A DNA stretch of 61,645 nt, filler included, from Globobulimina sp. (Eukaryota), in NCBI GenBank assembly GCA_003354225.1. It is 18 parts of 18 records of this genome, joined end to end, with 100 filler letters (N's around TTAATTAATTAA, not from the genome) between each part and the next. Parts side by side here need not be neighbours in the genome. Positions count along the whole stretch, not along the records: positions 24,020 to 27,349 come from PIVH01003061.1; positions 27,450 to 30,779 come from PIVH01003062.1; positions 30,880 to 34,209 come from PIVH01003063.1; positions 34,310 to 37,639 come from PIVH01003064.1; 14 more parts are not named here. The stretch is one strand, 5' to 3'. The position numbers and the translations under genes were made by a program. Below the pieces are notes generated by a model, which was not told the DNA's origin, searched no databases, and saw only the letters and a list, made by a program, of their open reading frames with translations. This document shows, in pieces, positions 24,020-35,836 of this stretch. Position 1 is the first letter of the stretch. Every line of letters starts with the position of its first letter.

Positions 24020-25046
24020 ATATCTTGCACAAAGTACGCAGATAAATCACCATTGGCACTGAATGCTTCACACTGTGTACAAGTAATTGATTCACATAAA
24101 CAACAATCAAAATTAGACTCACATTCTACTTTATTCCTTGACCATTTGGACCCAATTGACATAGTGATAACGGGAATACACAAAACAATGTTAGCAGTAA
24201 ACTCAAACACTTCAAAACATGATGCTGCGTCACCGCCTTTACATTCACGATACCCAACCACAACACTTCCCAACTTATTATTATTTTTATTTCTAATAAA
24301 TGATGAAATTCCAACAGTTTTACCATCCACAGTCATCTTTTTAAAATTATCATCAATATCTGATGCCATTTCAAACTCAAACAATATTCCAAACAATTTC
24401 TTCTTTGTACGGTCAGTGGCATCGTCTTGAATTGCAAAATCATCATCTTTTGGTAACAGCATAATCAACAAAATATTTAATAATTGTGCCAAACGGTTAC
24501 AACCGAATCTAATAATGTTTTCCATTTTAGTCTGACAAAATAAAGAGTGTTTAATTAATTGATCATGTTTTGTGTCATTTGGATTGATGCGTTGTAATTT
24601 GAATGAATTATATATGGTATCATAAATATGTCGAATAGGAACCCTGCTGTCATAGATATTATTGATGATCATTTTATACTGAATCAATTGCATATTTTTT
24701 GTATCATGTAACAGATTCATTTTATATTTTAACTTCTCAATTTCTCTTTTGAAATGGAATAATTTTATATTCAGTTTCTCTTTTGAAATGGAATAATTAT
24801 AACGTGACATTTGTAGCGATCGCTGTGGTGTCACACGTTTCTTTTTATGTGATAACTTTCTGCGTTTTCTTTTTCGCATTAAACCTTTGTATATATTTTG
24901 CCATATAACATACAATAACTTGTATACATTTCAAAGTAAAATATACCTCGCATATTTGGTGGCAAATTACCATCTCTCTCTCTATCTGATTTATTTCCTT
25001 GATTCCTTCCACTTCCTCCATACGAGCTTCTTTTTCTTTTGGGCAT
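24020..25046 (-). mobile_element. Putative hAT-like DDE transposase, 3'-truncated (exon 1 25046-24971, intron 24970-24885)
   Basis: Exon 1 (MPKRKRSS..., NLS-like) splices in phase 1 to the long ORF. FAIQDDATD and VVGYRECKGGDAASCFEVF resemble the first catalytic-Asp strand and following elements of hAT transposases. Confidence 0.45.
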
Positions 25047-25159
25047 TATTAGGAATAAACAGTCAAAAACTTCAAGCTAGATCATGATATCGACGAAATT
25101 AAATAATATTATAATTAAAAATCCACAAAAACAAAAAAAACAAAAATCAAAAAGACACC

Positions 25160-25540
25160 ATTGATCGATGCAATTCCTTAATTCTTTTCTCAATTTATAA
25201 GCATCGATCGATGCGTTTTCTCATTCAACGTCATTAATGGCACATTCTCGTTCATTGCGTGCCTCATTGCTTGCGTTACCACCACATAGATGGCAAATTT
25301 CTGTCTCATTGCTTGCCCCAATCACAATATGTTTTTCTTTATTTGTTTGCGCACGAAATTTCGGGCGCAAACAACAAAACTAATTTGTTTACAATAAATC
25401 AATTTACAGTCACCAATAGATTCCATTTCTCATTCTCTCGATTTATAAGCATCGATCGATGCGTTTTCTCATTCTCTCAATTTATTGGCACCAATAGATG
25501 TCATTTCTCATTTGCACCAATAATTTATTGGCACCAATAA
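25160..25540. repeat. Cluster of short direct and palindromic repeats upstream of the transposase-like gene
   Basis: ATTTATAAGCATCGATCGATGCGTTTTCTCATTC twice and AATTTATTGGCACCAATA twice. Confidence 0.7.
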
Positions 25541-27449
25541 TGTTATTGGACAATTGCAGTGATTTGAAGATGAAAAGTTGCTCCAAATATATTCAAAATC
25601 ATTCCAAAATGACAAGCCAGCGCAAATCACATGAAATAACACTCAAAAAAAGCCATTCCACACATTTTAATGATACCAATGCATGCGATCATATATATAT
25701 AATTTTGCGTTTTTTTTTAATTGTTTTAACGCATTAAATCAAAATTCTGTTTATTAATTAAAAAATGGGCCAATTATGTTGATTGTTGTTGATGATTGCT
25801 ATCTATTTTATATTTACCATTATATCACAGTCATAATATGTGTGTAGCAGTTCCTTGTTACAATAATAATCTCTGCGGTTGTTGCGTAGCAGCTACTTGT
25901 TGGTGTATCGAAACGTTGTTTACATTGTCGAATTCAAAAGTTTTCATTACATTTAGTGTGACTTCAACAATCTAATGCTTCCTAAAAAAAAATCTAACGT
26001 GTCAAATCATTTGCATTTTTAGTATCTTGTAACTCTCATACTATATTTTGCTATTATGCAAAAAAATAGAAAAGTTGTGATGTTTACCAAATTGTAATTG
26101 TGTCATGACATGAAAAAACTTTAAAATCCAAAATGATAAATAATTGTGTGTTTTCTGGAGTTCTAATTTAATTAAGTTCAACCCACAAAATAAAAACAAA
26201 CTTAAAAAACAAAAGGTCCTGACAAAGCGACCGAATCACTCACTACACAAATAAAGTTATTAAAAATATGCACAAAAATCGGGTAAAAAAATTGTGTAAA
26301 AATTGCAAAACAGTTAAACTGTCTCGGAATAATTTAAATTAAATGCTTGATACAAGAAAGCTTCTCGACTCACATCTTGCACAAATAATCATATATTAAA
26401 AGTCATATGTCCTCGGCAATTTGAGCGATACACCAATACCCATGAAATAATTGCTATTCCATATTCCAGTACTTGAGGGAGGTGCCCTGATTCTCAACAT
26501 ACAATTTTACTGTAAATATCATAAAAGATACAATAAAATTTAACCAGGTAAAACAATCACCAATTCAGGAAACTCCTTGCACCTTATGATGACCAATCGA
26601 ATTAATATGATATACCTCAGCAAAATAATTCCGCAAAATAAAATGAAACAATGATATGATAAAAAGCCTAACCCCATCCAGCAGACATTAGTATCCGTAA
26701 ACGAATTAATATGACGAATAAATTCTAGCATCTTCAGATACACTTATTCAATGGATGATTAAATTATTGGAGAGATTGCTTCGGAATAAGCATCTTCCAT
26801 GGTGACTAAAGAGATTAAGGAGTGAAAAGGTGAAAGTTTAAATTAGGTGGTGAAGATTTTTTTGAAGCATAGTCCATCATGTCATATTCTCATGATCACG
26901 TTGTGAAACACTAAACAATAAAAACACAAGACATAGGTAGATGTAATTTTTGCAGCTGAACAAGAATATCGATACTAAAATTTCTTATCATCGCTATATT
27001 TTGTAGAAAAAATCAAGATATTATGGACATATATAATTTCAGATATTAATTGTAAAAAAAATCAATGAATAGTTCATTTTCGTCAAAAATAGGTTCCAGG
27101 AATGAATTCTACGCATTTTTTTACATAAGTTAGTCTTTTTTCCTGAGTTTTTTGAGCAATTTTAAGATTAATGATAAACCTTTTTATTAATAATAATTGA
27201 ATTAATCGTTGGTAATATGGCTGGTCTGAATTTGGCATGTTATCAATGTCAGCTCCCGAAGCTTGTAATATTATATATTTTTTGGCATACGATTGGCATC
27301 GACAACAATTATCCATATTTTCATGTACGTAGCATCCTGATTCCTCTGGNNNNNNNNNNNNNNNNNNNNNNNNNNNNNNNNNNNNNNNNNNNNTTAATTA
27401 ATTAANNNNNNNNNNNNNNNNNNNNNNNNNNNNNNNNNNNNNNNNNNNN

Positions 27450-27813
27450 GTTTTGATTTATTTGTTGGGTGACAAATAAATATATTAATTAGATTATAAT
27501 AATTTATAATTGCTTTTGTCCATATCGATAATCAGAAATAAAACTCTACGTTTGCTAAAACGGATGTTTCATTTTTGTTTTTGAGATTATTTAATTAATA
27601 AATGTTGTGTGTTTCTGAAGTGGTTTTTGAGTATCACTGACTTGCTAAAACTTTTCTTTTTTCCCACCCACCCTCCCTTTATTTATTATTGTGGATGTCA
27701 TCTTGTTTTGAGATGATTGGGTTTTGATTTATTTGTTGGGTGACAAATAAATATATTAATTAAATTATAATAATTTATAATTGCTTTTGTCCATATCGAT
27801 AATCAGAAATAAA
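27450..27813. repeat. About 95-bp direct repeat (271-bp period) at the contig edge
   Basis: 27450-27543 is nearly identical to 27721-27813. Confidence 0.85.
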
Positions 27814-28092
27814 ACCGGTAAATCAATGTTTTTATTATATTTGACTTGAAGCTGCATAATCCCAGAAAGGTTTTTAAGTTAACTTCTTTTCCATCATGTC
27901 GCTACAATCATAGTTTCAAAAAAGTCAAAGTCAAACTATTATTTACGTAGAAGCCATTTATTACACACACACGCACCTTATTCGCCAACCAACATTTTCA
28001 TCTACATACACCTTATACACATTGCAAATTTGCTGTTGTACCACAAAAGAGAATTACTCATTTTCCACTCTCTTTTTAGTTTGACGTCGATT

Positions 28093-28759
28093 ATGTCGCA
28101 TCCAGGGACTCAAGAAGAAGAAGAAGAGCATAAGAATGAACATCTCTTTCTTAAATCGTATACTTTTAAAATCTGCGGCATCAACAAAGAAGTCTCGTTG
28201 CAGTTATCGGGCGAAACCTCAATACAACAAATATTAAAACAATTGTCGACATTTTGCGCCATCAAATCTGAATCATTACAAATAAGAAATGGCAACGAAG
28301 CATTGTCTGATATCAGCAAAAAACTAAACCAATACACCATTGAAGACCCTACAAAGTTATGGATCCGCTCATTTCTATATTCTATATCCACAGTGACACA
28401 CACATCATTTATATAGTTTTTTGGTGCTACGCGATGATGTTTTGGATGACAAAGACAATGACAGCAAAGACTCATACGACGAGGAGGAGGATGAGGAGGA
28501 AGAGGACGACGACTCCGAGGTAGAAAAGGCGATGAAATTGCATTCAAACGACGGCAGCGTGGATTTTGTGCATAGCCAGTTACCGTTCATGAAATCGCCG
28601 ACGTTGCCCACTGTGCCAAACAATTCGTACGCCTCCAACCAAAATATCCCACATAAGCACACCTCGCAAGGCTTGTATTCTGCGTTGGAGGCGCTGGCAC
28701 TCTCAAATAGTAAAAACGAAAAAGAATTAAATTCCTTATCTCAATCCAAGAAAAATTAA
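28093..28759 (+). CDS. Ubiquitin-like domain protein with acidic tail, intron 28356-28416
   Basis: Ubl pattern TSIQQILKQLS...LQIRNGNEAL...KLNQYTIE. A phase-2 splice gives ...PTNFLVLR (compare ubiquitin LHLVLR), followed by a D/E tract. Confidence 0.7.
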
Positions 28760-29404
28760 CTTAGTGTGTTTTTGTATGGAATTATTGTTACTGTTGATCG
28801 ATGAGCAAATTGACACAAATTTCAAACCATTTTTTTTGTTATTTTTTCAGTTATACTATTTTTTCTGTCCATTTATATGAACTTGTTTTTGAATTCGTTT
28901 TCTTTTTTCTTAATTTTAATTTGCACACAAAAGAATGTTTCGTTTTGATCTCTGGTTTTTTTCTGTTTTTTTTCTGTTGGATTAGTTTGTTTTGTTTTGT
29001 TAAGTGTGATGGCTTTTTTTTTGTAAATTCAATCATTTCATTGGTTTGAGTTGAACATTTTGATTGTTTTATGTATTATAAATAGTTTAAGTTATAACAA
29101 TAATTTTATGCATTTAACCATCAAAGTGTATACTCACTATGCAATGCAAATTGTTCATACAGCAACATTCTAGAACTGCCACATTCAGATTTGCCACATT
29201 CAGTGTCAGAATTACATATTCTCAATTTGTGTGTACATTTATGATCCAGTACATTTATCTAAAACAATTTTCTTTTTTTTTTCGCTTCAGTTCCTTCGTT
29301 AATGGTACCATTCCTTTGACGATTTTACGCGAACTGCTGCTTACAAGTTCTATCTTACAACAAAAAATAAATCAACACAAATTACATACCGTCGTAAACG
29401 AACG

Positions 29405-30511
29405 ATGCCAGTCATAAACCAACAAAAAGAATATGACTCTAATAAAGTACCATCAGCATTAATTGGCGAACAACCGCACGACGCATGTTATTGTGGACCA
29501 TGTCCCACCACAAAAATCGGTGAAGCATCAGACAATGAATCAGAGCCAGAGCCAGCGCCACAATCACAATCCACTGAGACCTCATTTGCTGGGCAATATT
29601 ACCAAATTGTGATGCATAATATCGGTACCTATACCTCCTACAACTCGCTATATATCAAATCTGATGACATTATCGGTGTTGGCGCAGAATCGATTGTATA
29701 CCGAGGCACCTCCATCCACAGCAGCAACGCCGTAGCCATTCAAGAAACACTCTTCGACACAAAATCGCAATTAATTGCCTGGTTTGCAAAATATTTAACC
29801 ATCAAACAATGCAATTTCTATACGGTCTACGACGCATTTTCTGCACCGCGATCCGTATCAGATCCCGCTGGCAAATACAAAATCATCTTAGTCGTCGACT
29901 TATTACACCAAAACATCTCCGATATTATGACTGATAATGCTTTGCAGCGTCATGAGCCGAATCTGAGTGAAGCAGAAGTACAGAAAATGAGCTTTCAGAT
30001 CGTGAGCCAGCTATGCACTTTAACTGAGACTTATAATTACATGCATTGTGACATCAAACCAACGAATATAATGACCAATTCGCACGGCGATTATACCCTA
30101 ATTGATTTTGGATACTCCATAGAATGCGGAACTGCGTTTAATGGCTATTTAGGCACAAAAGAATACAGTGCGCCAGAAATAAAACCATATGAAAATGTGC
30201 AAAATTGCATGCACAAATCGGCCGATATGTGGTCCATTGCATTGGTCATTTTGTACTGTTTATACAATGGACGGCACCCATTTTGCAGCAAAAATGAGAG
30301 AAATTCTTTACGTGATATCCAGAGATGGTATAAGAAGAAAGTGGATCATAAGCAATGTTTCATTGAAGCATGGCTCGGCAAACAATTGATCGCAAATAAA
30401 ATCTCTTATCATTTATTCGATTTTCTATTTAAATGTCTCCGCTTTGATCCAACTAAGCGGTTAACGCCAAAACAAGCAATGGCACATAAATGGCTTCAAA
30501 CGGCATTCTGA
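29405..30511 (+). CDS. Ser/Thr protein kinase (atypical: VAIQ in place of VAIK)
   Basis: IGVGAESIVY, HCDIKPTN, DFG, GTKEYSAPE, DMWS and DPTKRLT motifs. Confidence 0.9.
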   Translation: MPVINQQKEYDSNKVPSALIGEQPHDACYCGPCPTTKIGEASDNESEPEPAPQSQSTETSFAGQYYQIVMHNIGTYTSYNSLYIKSDDIIGVGAESIVYRGTSIHSSNAVAIQETLFDTKSQLIAWFAKYLTIKQCNFYTVYDAFSAPRSVSDPAGKYKIILVVDLLHQNISDIMTDNALQRHEPNLSEAEVQKMSFQIVSQLCTLTETYNYMHCDIKPTNIMTNSHGDYTLIDFGYSIECGTAFNGYLGTKEYSAPEIKPYENVQNCMHKSADMWSIALVILYCLYNGRHPFCSKNERNSLRDIQRWYKKKVDHKQCFIEAWLGKQLIANKISYHLFDFLFKCLRFDPTKRLTPKQAMAHKWLQTAF

Positions 30512-30926
30512 TACTAATTATATCCGCGCATAATATGATATATTTATACATATTGTTTTTTCTCTATAATTTATATATTTTTATGTAATTATTTTGTAAA
30601 ATGGTTATTTTCCATTTATTTCCCTCTGTTTCTTTGCTTTGATTTCCAAGTTAGTTTTTTTTGAGTGCTTCAGATGTGTTTATTGCTTATATCTGTTCCA
30701 TGTTTATATTCGCCGTCATTTAGTTTGAAATTTCATTTTTTTTTGTTCTCGTTTTTTTTTATTCAAAATAAGTTTCTGTNNNNNNNNNNNNNNNNNNNNN
30801 NNNNNNNNNNNNNNNNNNNNNNNTTAATTAATTAANNNNNNNNNNNNNNNNNNNNNNNNNNNNNNNNNNNNNNNNNNNNTATGGAATGTCCCCAAAAAAG
30901 AACAATTAATCCAAGAAAAGATACCT

Positions 30927-31523
30927 TCAAATCATATCCTTGAGTTGATTCAGCATTCGATTTTCATCTAGCTTACTACCAAAAATCTTGATTGAGTGAA
31001 TTACCTCTTCTGCGCTTTTTTGAACTAATTGAGCAGCGGCGTCATAGTCGTCCACTCTAAGAATATTTTTATGGAGTTTTAAGTAATCTGACAAAAGCCT
31101 TATTACTTTATCCTCTTGAATGTCATTGATTTGCTTAACTTCCGGATCAGAGTAAATCATCGTTATCATCTCACGATGAAAATCCGGAGCAATATTGTGG
31201 GCAACGAACAACTGGTCGACTAAATCGTTAATCATTCGTTTTCCCTCTTCAATCGTTGTTAGGTCGCTAAGAGGCAGCTGAAGGACTTTTTCAGTGATCT
31301 CATTGTAATAAGAAAGAAAAACCTCCAAAAACAACGGTTTTTTGTCCTTAAAATACATATAAAACGTGCCCGTAGCTACGCCCGCCTCTTTTGCAATTTG
31401 CTTGGAATTGGTTTTGTAAAATCCCTTTTCCGAAAACAGTTTTTTTCCAGCAGCCAGTATTTTGTTCCGAGTTTCAATGCTTCGTTCCTGCCTTGGAACC
31501 CTTATCTCTTTTTTTATTGTCAT
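30927..31523 (-). CDS. Bacterial-type TetR/AcrR family transcriptional regulator
   Basis: TRNKILAAGKKLFSEKGFYKTNSKQIAKEAGVATGTFYMYFKDK is a canonical TetR helix-turn-helix. No intron. Confidence 0.95.
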   Translation of the reverse strand: MTIKKEIRVPRQERSIETRNKILAAGKKLFSEKGFYKTNSKQIAKEAGVATGTFYMYFKDKKPLFLEVFLSYYNEITEKVLQLPLSDLTTIEEGKRMINDLVDQLFVAHNIAPDFHREMITMIYSDPEVKQINDIQEDKVIRLLSDYLKLHKNILRVDDYDAAAQLVQKSAEEVIHSIKIFGSKLDENRMLNQLKDMI

Positions 31524-31609
31524 TGTTTTTTCTTTTTAAATTTCTTTAATTTCAAGCATAAGTCAGCATTTCAATTTGAACGCAAGTCGTCGACGCACAC
31601 TGACACTCC

Positions 31610-32255
31610 ATTCCTATTCGAAATCGATTTAAGTGTTCAAACAAATGATTGTTGGAATTCATTTCATCCACAAAAATTTGGCTTGAACAAAGCTGCAGAA
31701 ATAATGCATACAATACACCGAATATCCAAACATTCCAAAACTAAGCAAAAAAAGAAAAATAATGATTGGATGTCTGTTTTTGGAACACATATTATACGCA
31801 AAGGGGACTGCAAACAATGGAAATTAAAAATATATCCGAGAAACGATTCTATAAATCATATAATCGAACATCAAGCATTCCAAGTCTCTGACATCGTTGT
31901 TGGAATTGTTGATGCTCAAACCGTCAGAATTGATGCTAACAAAAATAAATCTGACAAATATAATAATTATGACGGCGGATTTTGGACTGTTCCATATTTC
32001 GGATATGGATATTATGGATTTAATGGCAAAAAATTCCATAATCAACGAAGAGGGAAGCAATATGGCAATAAGTTTAAAATTGGTGATACAGTCACTATCT
32101 ATTTGGATTTGCAATGCAATGAATTGAAGTTTTATGTCAATGGCATCGATAATGGATTAGCATTCAATGTGGATGGAAACAGAAATTATGTGTTAGCTCT
32201 CTCTTTGTCCGATGATAATTATGATGTTCAAATATGTTCCGGGAATCGTGAATAA
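31610..32255 (+). CDS. B30.2/SPRY-domain protein, N-terminus missing or uncertain
   Basis: WKLKI, IVVGIV, YGYY..NG and YGNKFKIGDTVTIYLDL...LKFYVNGIDNGLAF...YVLALSL. Confidence 0.8.
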
Positions 32256-32674
32256 TGCAATTAATTGTCTTCAAAAAGAAAAAATATTAAATTTTGGACC
32301 GAGATTTTTGGTGTCATCATGGTTCAAAATGATGTATATTTTTTGAGCCTTTTTTTTCGAGCTTTTTTTTGTGCGGTTTGTGCATTGTTTATTCATCAAT
32401 TTTTGTTGTTGTTTATATAGCGTATCGAGTATATTGCCTTTTTTCTATTCCATTTGTCTTTGATTTAAAGTATTTTTATGCCTTTTTGTGTGTATATTTT
32501 TTTTCGCTTGTTTTTCTGCTTTTTTTTTTGAAAATTTTTAATTGATTTCTTTGTGAATGATATTAAATCAAAATATATGCTCGTTTTGGAATCATTTATA
32601 ATTTGTTGTCAACGGAATCCCTGAATCATATTAGTACTGTCAGCTATGGATTTTTCACAAGAAACAGGATCCAA

Positions 32675-32764
32675 TTGACTTTTTAGGCTTAAACCATTCT
32701 AGCTAACCCAAAAACCTTGCCAATCACAAAAGAAGTGTTTAGAAGTTTAAGCCTAAAAAGTCAA
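32675..32764. repeat. Small MITE-like foldback (20-bp perfect arms)
   Basis: TTGACTTTTTAGGCTTAAAC paired with GTTTAAGCCTAAAAAGTCAA. The loop contains GCTAACCCAAAAACCTTGCCAATC. Confidence 0.8.
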
Positions 32765-33255
32765 ATGAAGGGGATTTGTCCGATTTGAAGGCATATTTTT
32801 CATCATAAAACGTCACATAAATTAATGGATGAATTTTAATTAAACTTTGATGTGTTCCCATGAATATCCACAAACATCACCAAAGCGTATTTGCTTACTC
32901 AACTTTGATTATTAGCAAATACTTTTTCGTTTTATAGAATGATTGTTTGAGTAATACGCCATAAAATAAGATACTACTCCAATCCGCACTGAATCATAGC
33001 ACTGCAGTCACACACTCGCTCACCACCAAAGACAAAATTATAACAAACCCAGTACAAATCCAAGACAAATCTATAGCGAACCGTTTCTCAGATAATTGAA
33101 AAAAATGTATATACAACTTTTTGAATATATCGTTCAAAGAAGATGGGGAAATTAATTTAAACACAAAATAAACGTTTAATATGAAAATATAAAAATATAT
33201 AATTCGAGAGGAGGATATAGATAAACATACAAATATAGATATAATGTCATATAAA

Positions 33256-33936
33256 TTATACATAATCTTCAACATATATATCAGAATTAGTAGACGCAGA
33301 TGGTACCATAACAAGTAATGTTGGCAATAAATTCTTAAAATTTATCGATTTCTTTGATTCATTAATATTATTACTGACAACATGTGTTAAATTATTCCGT
33401 TGTGATATCCATTGTGAATGAGACACTCCATTAATACTCATTAAATATGAATATTTCCTATGAACACACTCAATTTTCCATTTTAATGCATTACCTTCCA
33501 AAACAGTTTTAAATAGACAATCTTTTGATCGCGAAGAATACATTTTAATGGCATCAACATATAAAGTTCTTGATGACGGAAATGATGAATTTCGTTTCTG
33601 CGAATGAGTTAAAACTGCGATATGTTTTTCATTATTTATTACAAACAACCACTCGATTTTTACCCTTGTTTTCTCATATTCTTCACTTACAATTCTCATT
33701 GTTTTGCTCCATTTGCTTGAATGTGATGCCGTGGGTGGTTTTGGTGCCATTTTTGTTGGAGGTTTTGGTTTTGCCGCACTTAAATATCGATGTCTATAAC
33801 TTTTCCGTTTTTGTTTGCATTTCCGAAATGTCACATAATTAATATCAGAGTCATATAAATGTAACGCAAATGTTTCTTTTTGATGCATTGTTTGCGATAA
33901 TCTAAATCTTATATTCGTGATAATTTCATAAAACAT
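33256..33936 (-). CDS. Hypothetical protein, possible FAIM1-like beta domain
   Basis: IEWLFVINNEKHIAVLTHS...SSRTLYVD...YSYLMSING pattern. Confidence 0.45.
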   Translation of the reverse strand: MFYEIITNIRFRLSQTMHQKETFALHLYDSDINYVTFRKCKQKRKSYRHRYLSAAKPKPPTKMAPKPPTASHSSKWSKTMRIVSEEYEKTRVKIEWLFVINNEKHIAVLTHSQKRNSSFPSSRTLYVDAIKMYSSRSKDCLFKTVLEGNALKWKIECVHRKYSYLMSINGVSHSQWISQRNNLTHVVSNNINESKKSINFKNLLPTLLVMVPSASTNSDIYVEDYV

Positions 33937-34309
33937 TAATTTATTTTCATTTTTTTCGAATATTTGACAAAGATTCCATGCGATTTGGCCACAATGTATT
34001 GATGAATTGGAAGATAAAATGGATGAATAACTTAATTGTTTGCAATGTAAATTTTTAATATCGAAACCACGAAATCCATCAACAATAATAAATTTTGATA
34101 ACGTTTTGATGAGAAAAAAAACAGTTTTTTCGTTTCTCGCACACGAATTTTTGTATACATTTTGAGAGTTAAATTGATATTAATAGCAAATCTGTGACTT
34201 GATGCATCANNNNNNNNNNNNNNNNNNNNNNNNNNNNNNNNNNNNNNNNNNNNTTAATTAATTAANNNNNNNNNNNNNNNNNNNNNNNNNNNNNNNNNNN
34301 NNNNNNNNN

Positions 34310-35766
34310 TTTCTGTAACACTCACTTTGGACATCATCCCTTTATAAACATCACCATCTCCGCCAGCAGCCATCGCCAAAGTAACAGATCCAGGCAAATA
34401 CGTTCCAGACACAGTGACATGATCAAACACAGTGCCTCCCTCATCATCTTTCCTTTGCTCCGACGATGATAAACATCCTGAAGTCAAATAACATTTATAA
34501 AACGTACAAAACTCCTCATAATAATACACTGCGTTCCCATCCGCCACCACATAATATCCAGTGTCAGTGTACAAAAACCAATACTCTTTATTCACACTGT
34601 CCAACTTATTCACTTTGAAATCAACAGAACACGTAAAATTTCCACATTTAACCGAACCATTATAAGCCTTCCCAACCTCAATTTTATTGTATTGCCACTC
34701 CATTTTCTGCACACACATAGCACCCGGCGCTTTAGAAATATTTGCGTAGCCCGCAAACTGTGGCAAGTCCGTAGCTGGCCCGCCAACACTAGGAATGTCA
34801 GCCACCATTAATTTTTCCGTTTGCGAACGTTTTTGATTGTACCAAGAAGCCAGAATATTGCCAGAACTATAAATCCCACTGCCACTCGACCAGGTATACT
34901 CTGCGGTGGATGTCCACCACGTAGCAGACGCCAATAAGTTGATTTTCATTCTGCGAGAAATCGCTTGCCACCATGATGCAGCAGAAAACATTGCATATTG
35001 ATTGTTCCACCAATGTGACACTATGAAGTTGCTTATCTTTTCTTTGTTGATTAGCGGTAATAAAGGCGTTGCATACATAGAATCGAAACAGGTAATAATG
35101 CCAATTTTGGTGCCATCCATGGTAAAATATACATATTGTTCGGTTTTTGGTGTATCGAACTCTGTTGCAGCAAAGGTATGTATTTTATAATATTTTGCGA
35201 TAATTTGGCCAGTGGAGTCAAACACAATTTGAGTGTTGTATTGGTAATGACCGTCAGATGGACAGTTTTTGTCTGTGGCTGGAGAACATGGGACAATATC
35301 ACCCCAATTCACTGCTAAATGTACAGAGTTGTTCTTTGCTAAACACGATACGCGTTGTAATACAGGCCTGTTATCAAATAATTTGTTGCCGCATGCAGTT
35401 GAGTTTAAGCCTTGATTTGGTCCACCAACTTGATATAGAAATAAATACATTTCACTTCGGGACTTAATTAACGATGTTATTGCCATTTCTGATAAAAGAA
35501 TAATGTCTGCGCCTTGTTGTTTTGCTGCGCGTATATTTGGTTCAAGTTTATCTAAGTTTGCATTCATGCACTGTTTTGTCACAATATTTATTGAGTACGT
35601 TTTGTAACAATATATTTATACTAAGTATATAACACGCCTTTGCTGCATCTGCTGCAGAATGAACCGGTCCTGATGGAGTTACGGATTGATGTTCTATCAC
35701 TGCTCCTTTATAACCATAACACACGGATAACAACACAATATAAAGGAACGTAAAAACAGAAGCCAT
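34310..35766 (-). CDS. Vanin/biotinidase-like (nitrilase superfamily) secreted amidohydrolase, GC-AG intron 35637-35571, 3'-truncated
   Basis: Signal peptide, YKGAVIEH and GADIILLSE. Catalytic E, K (YYKIH) and C (ITCFD) are present, plus CP.DGHYQYNT. Confidence 0.9.
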
Positions 35767-35836
35767 CTCACTTTGAGCTGTTTGATATATATAGCTAAAA
35801 AAAAAACATTCAGTAGCATGATTATTTACTAAGACA

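Noticed and set aside
25700-27349. Possible degraded gene on the minus strand
   Set aside because: Only short, stop-interrupted frames with no recognisable motif; I cannot support a call.
31398-31609. N-terminal part of the 285-aa ORF as a real extension of the SPRY protein
   Set aside because: It is the antisense of the TetR 5' end plus an AT-rich tract, and reads as Phe-rich non-protein sequence.
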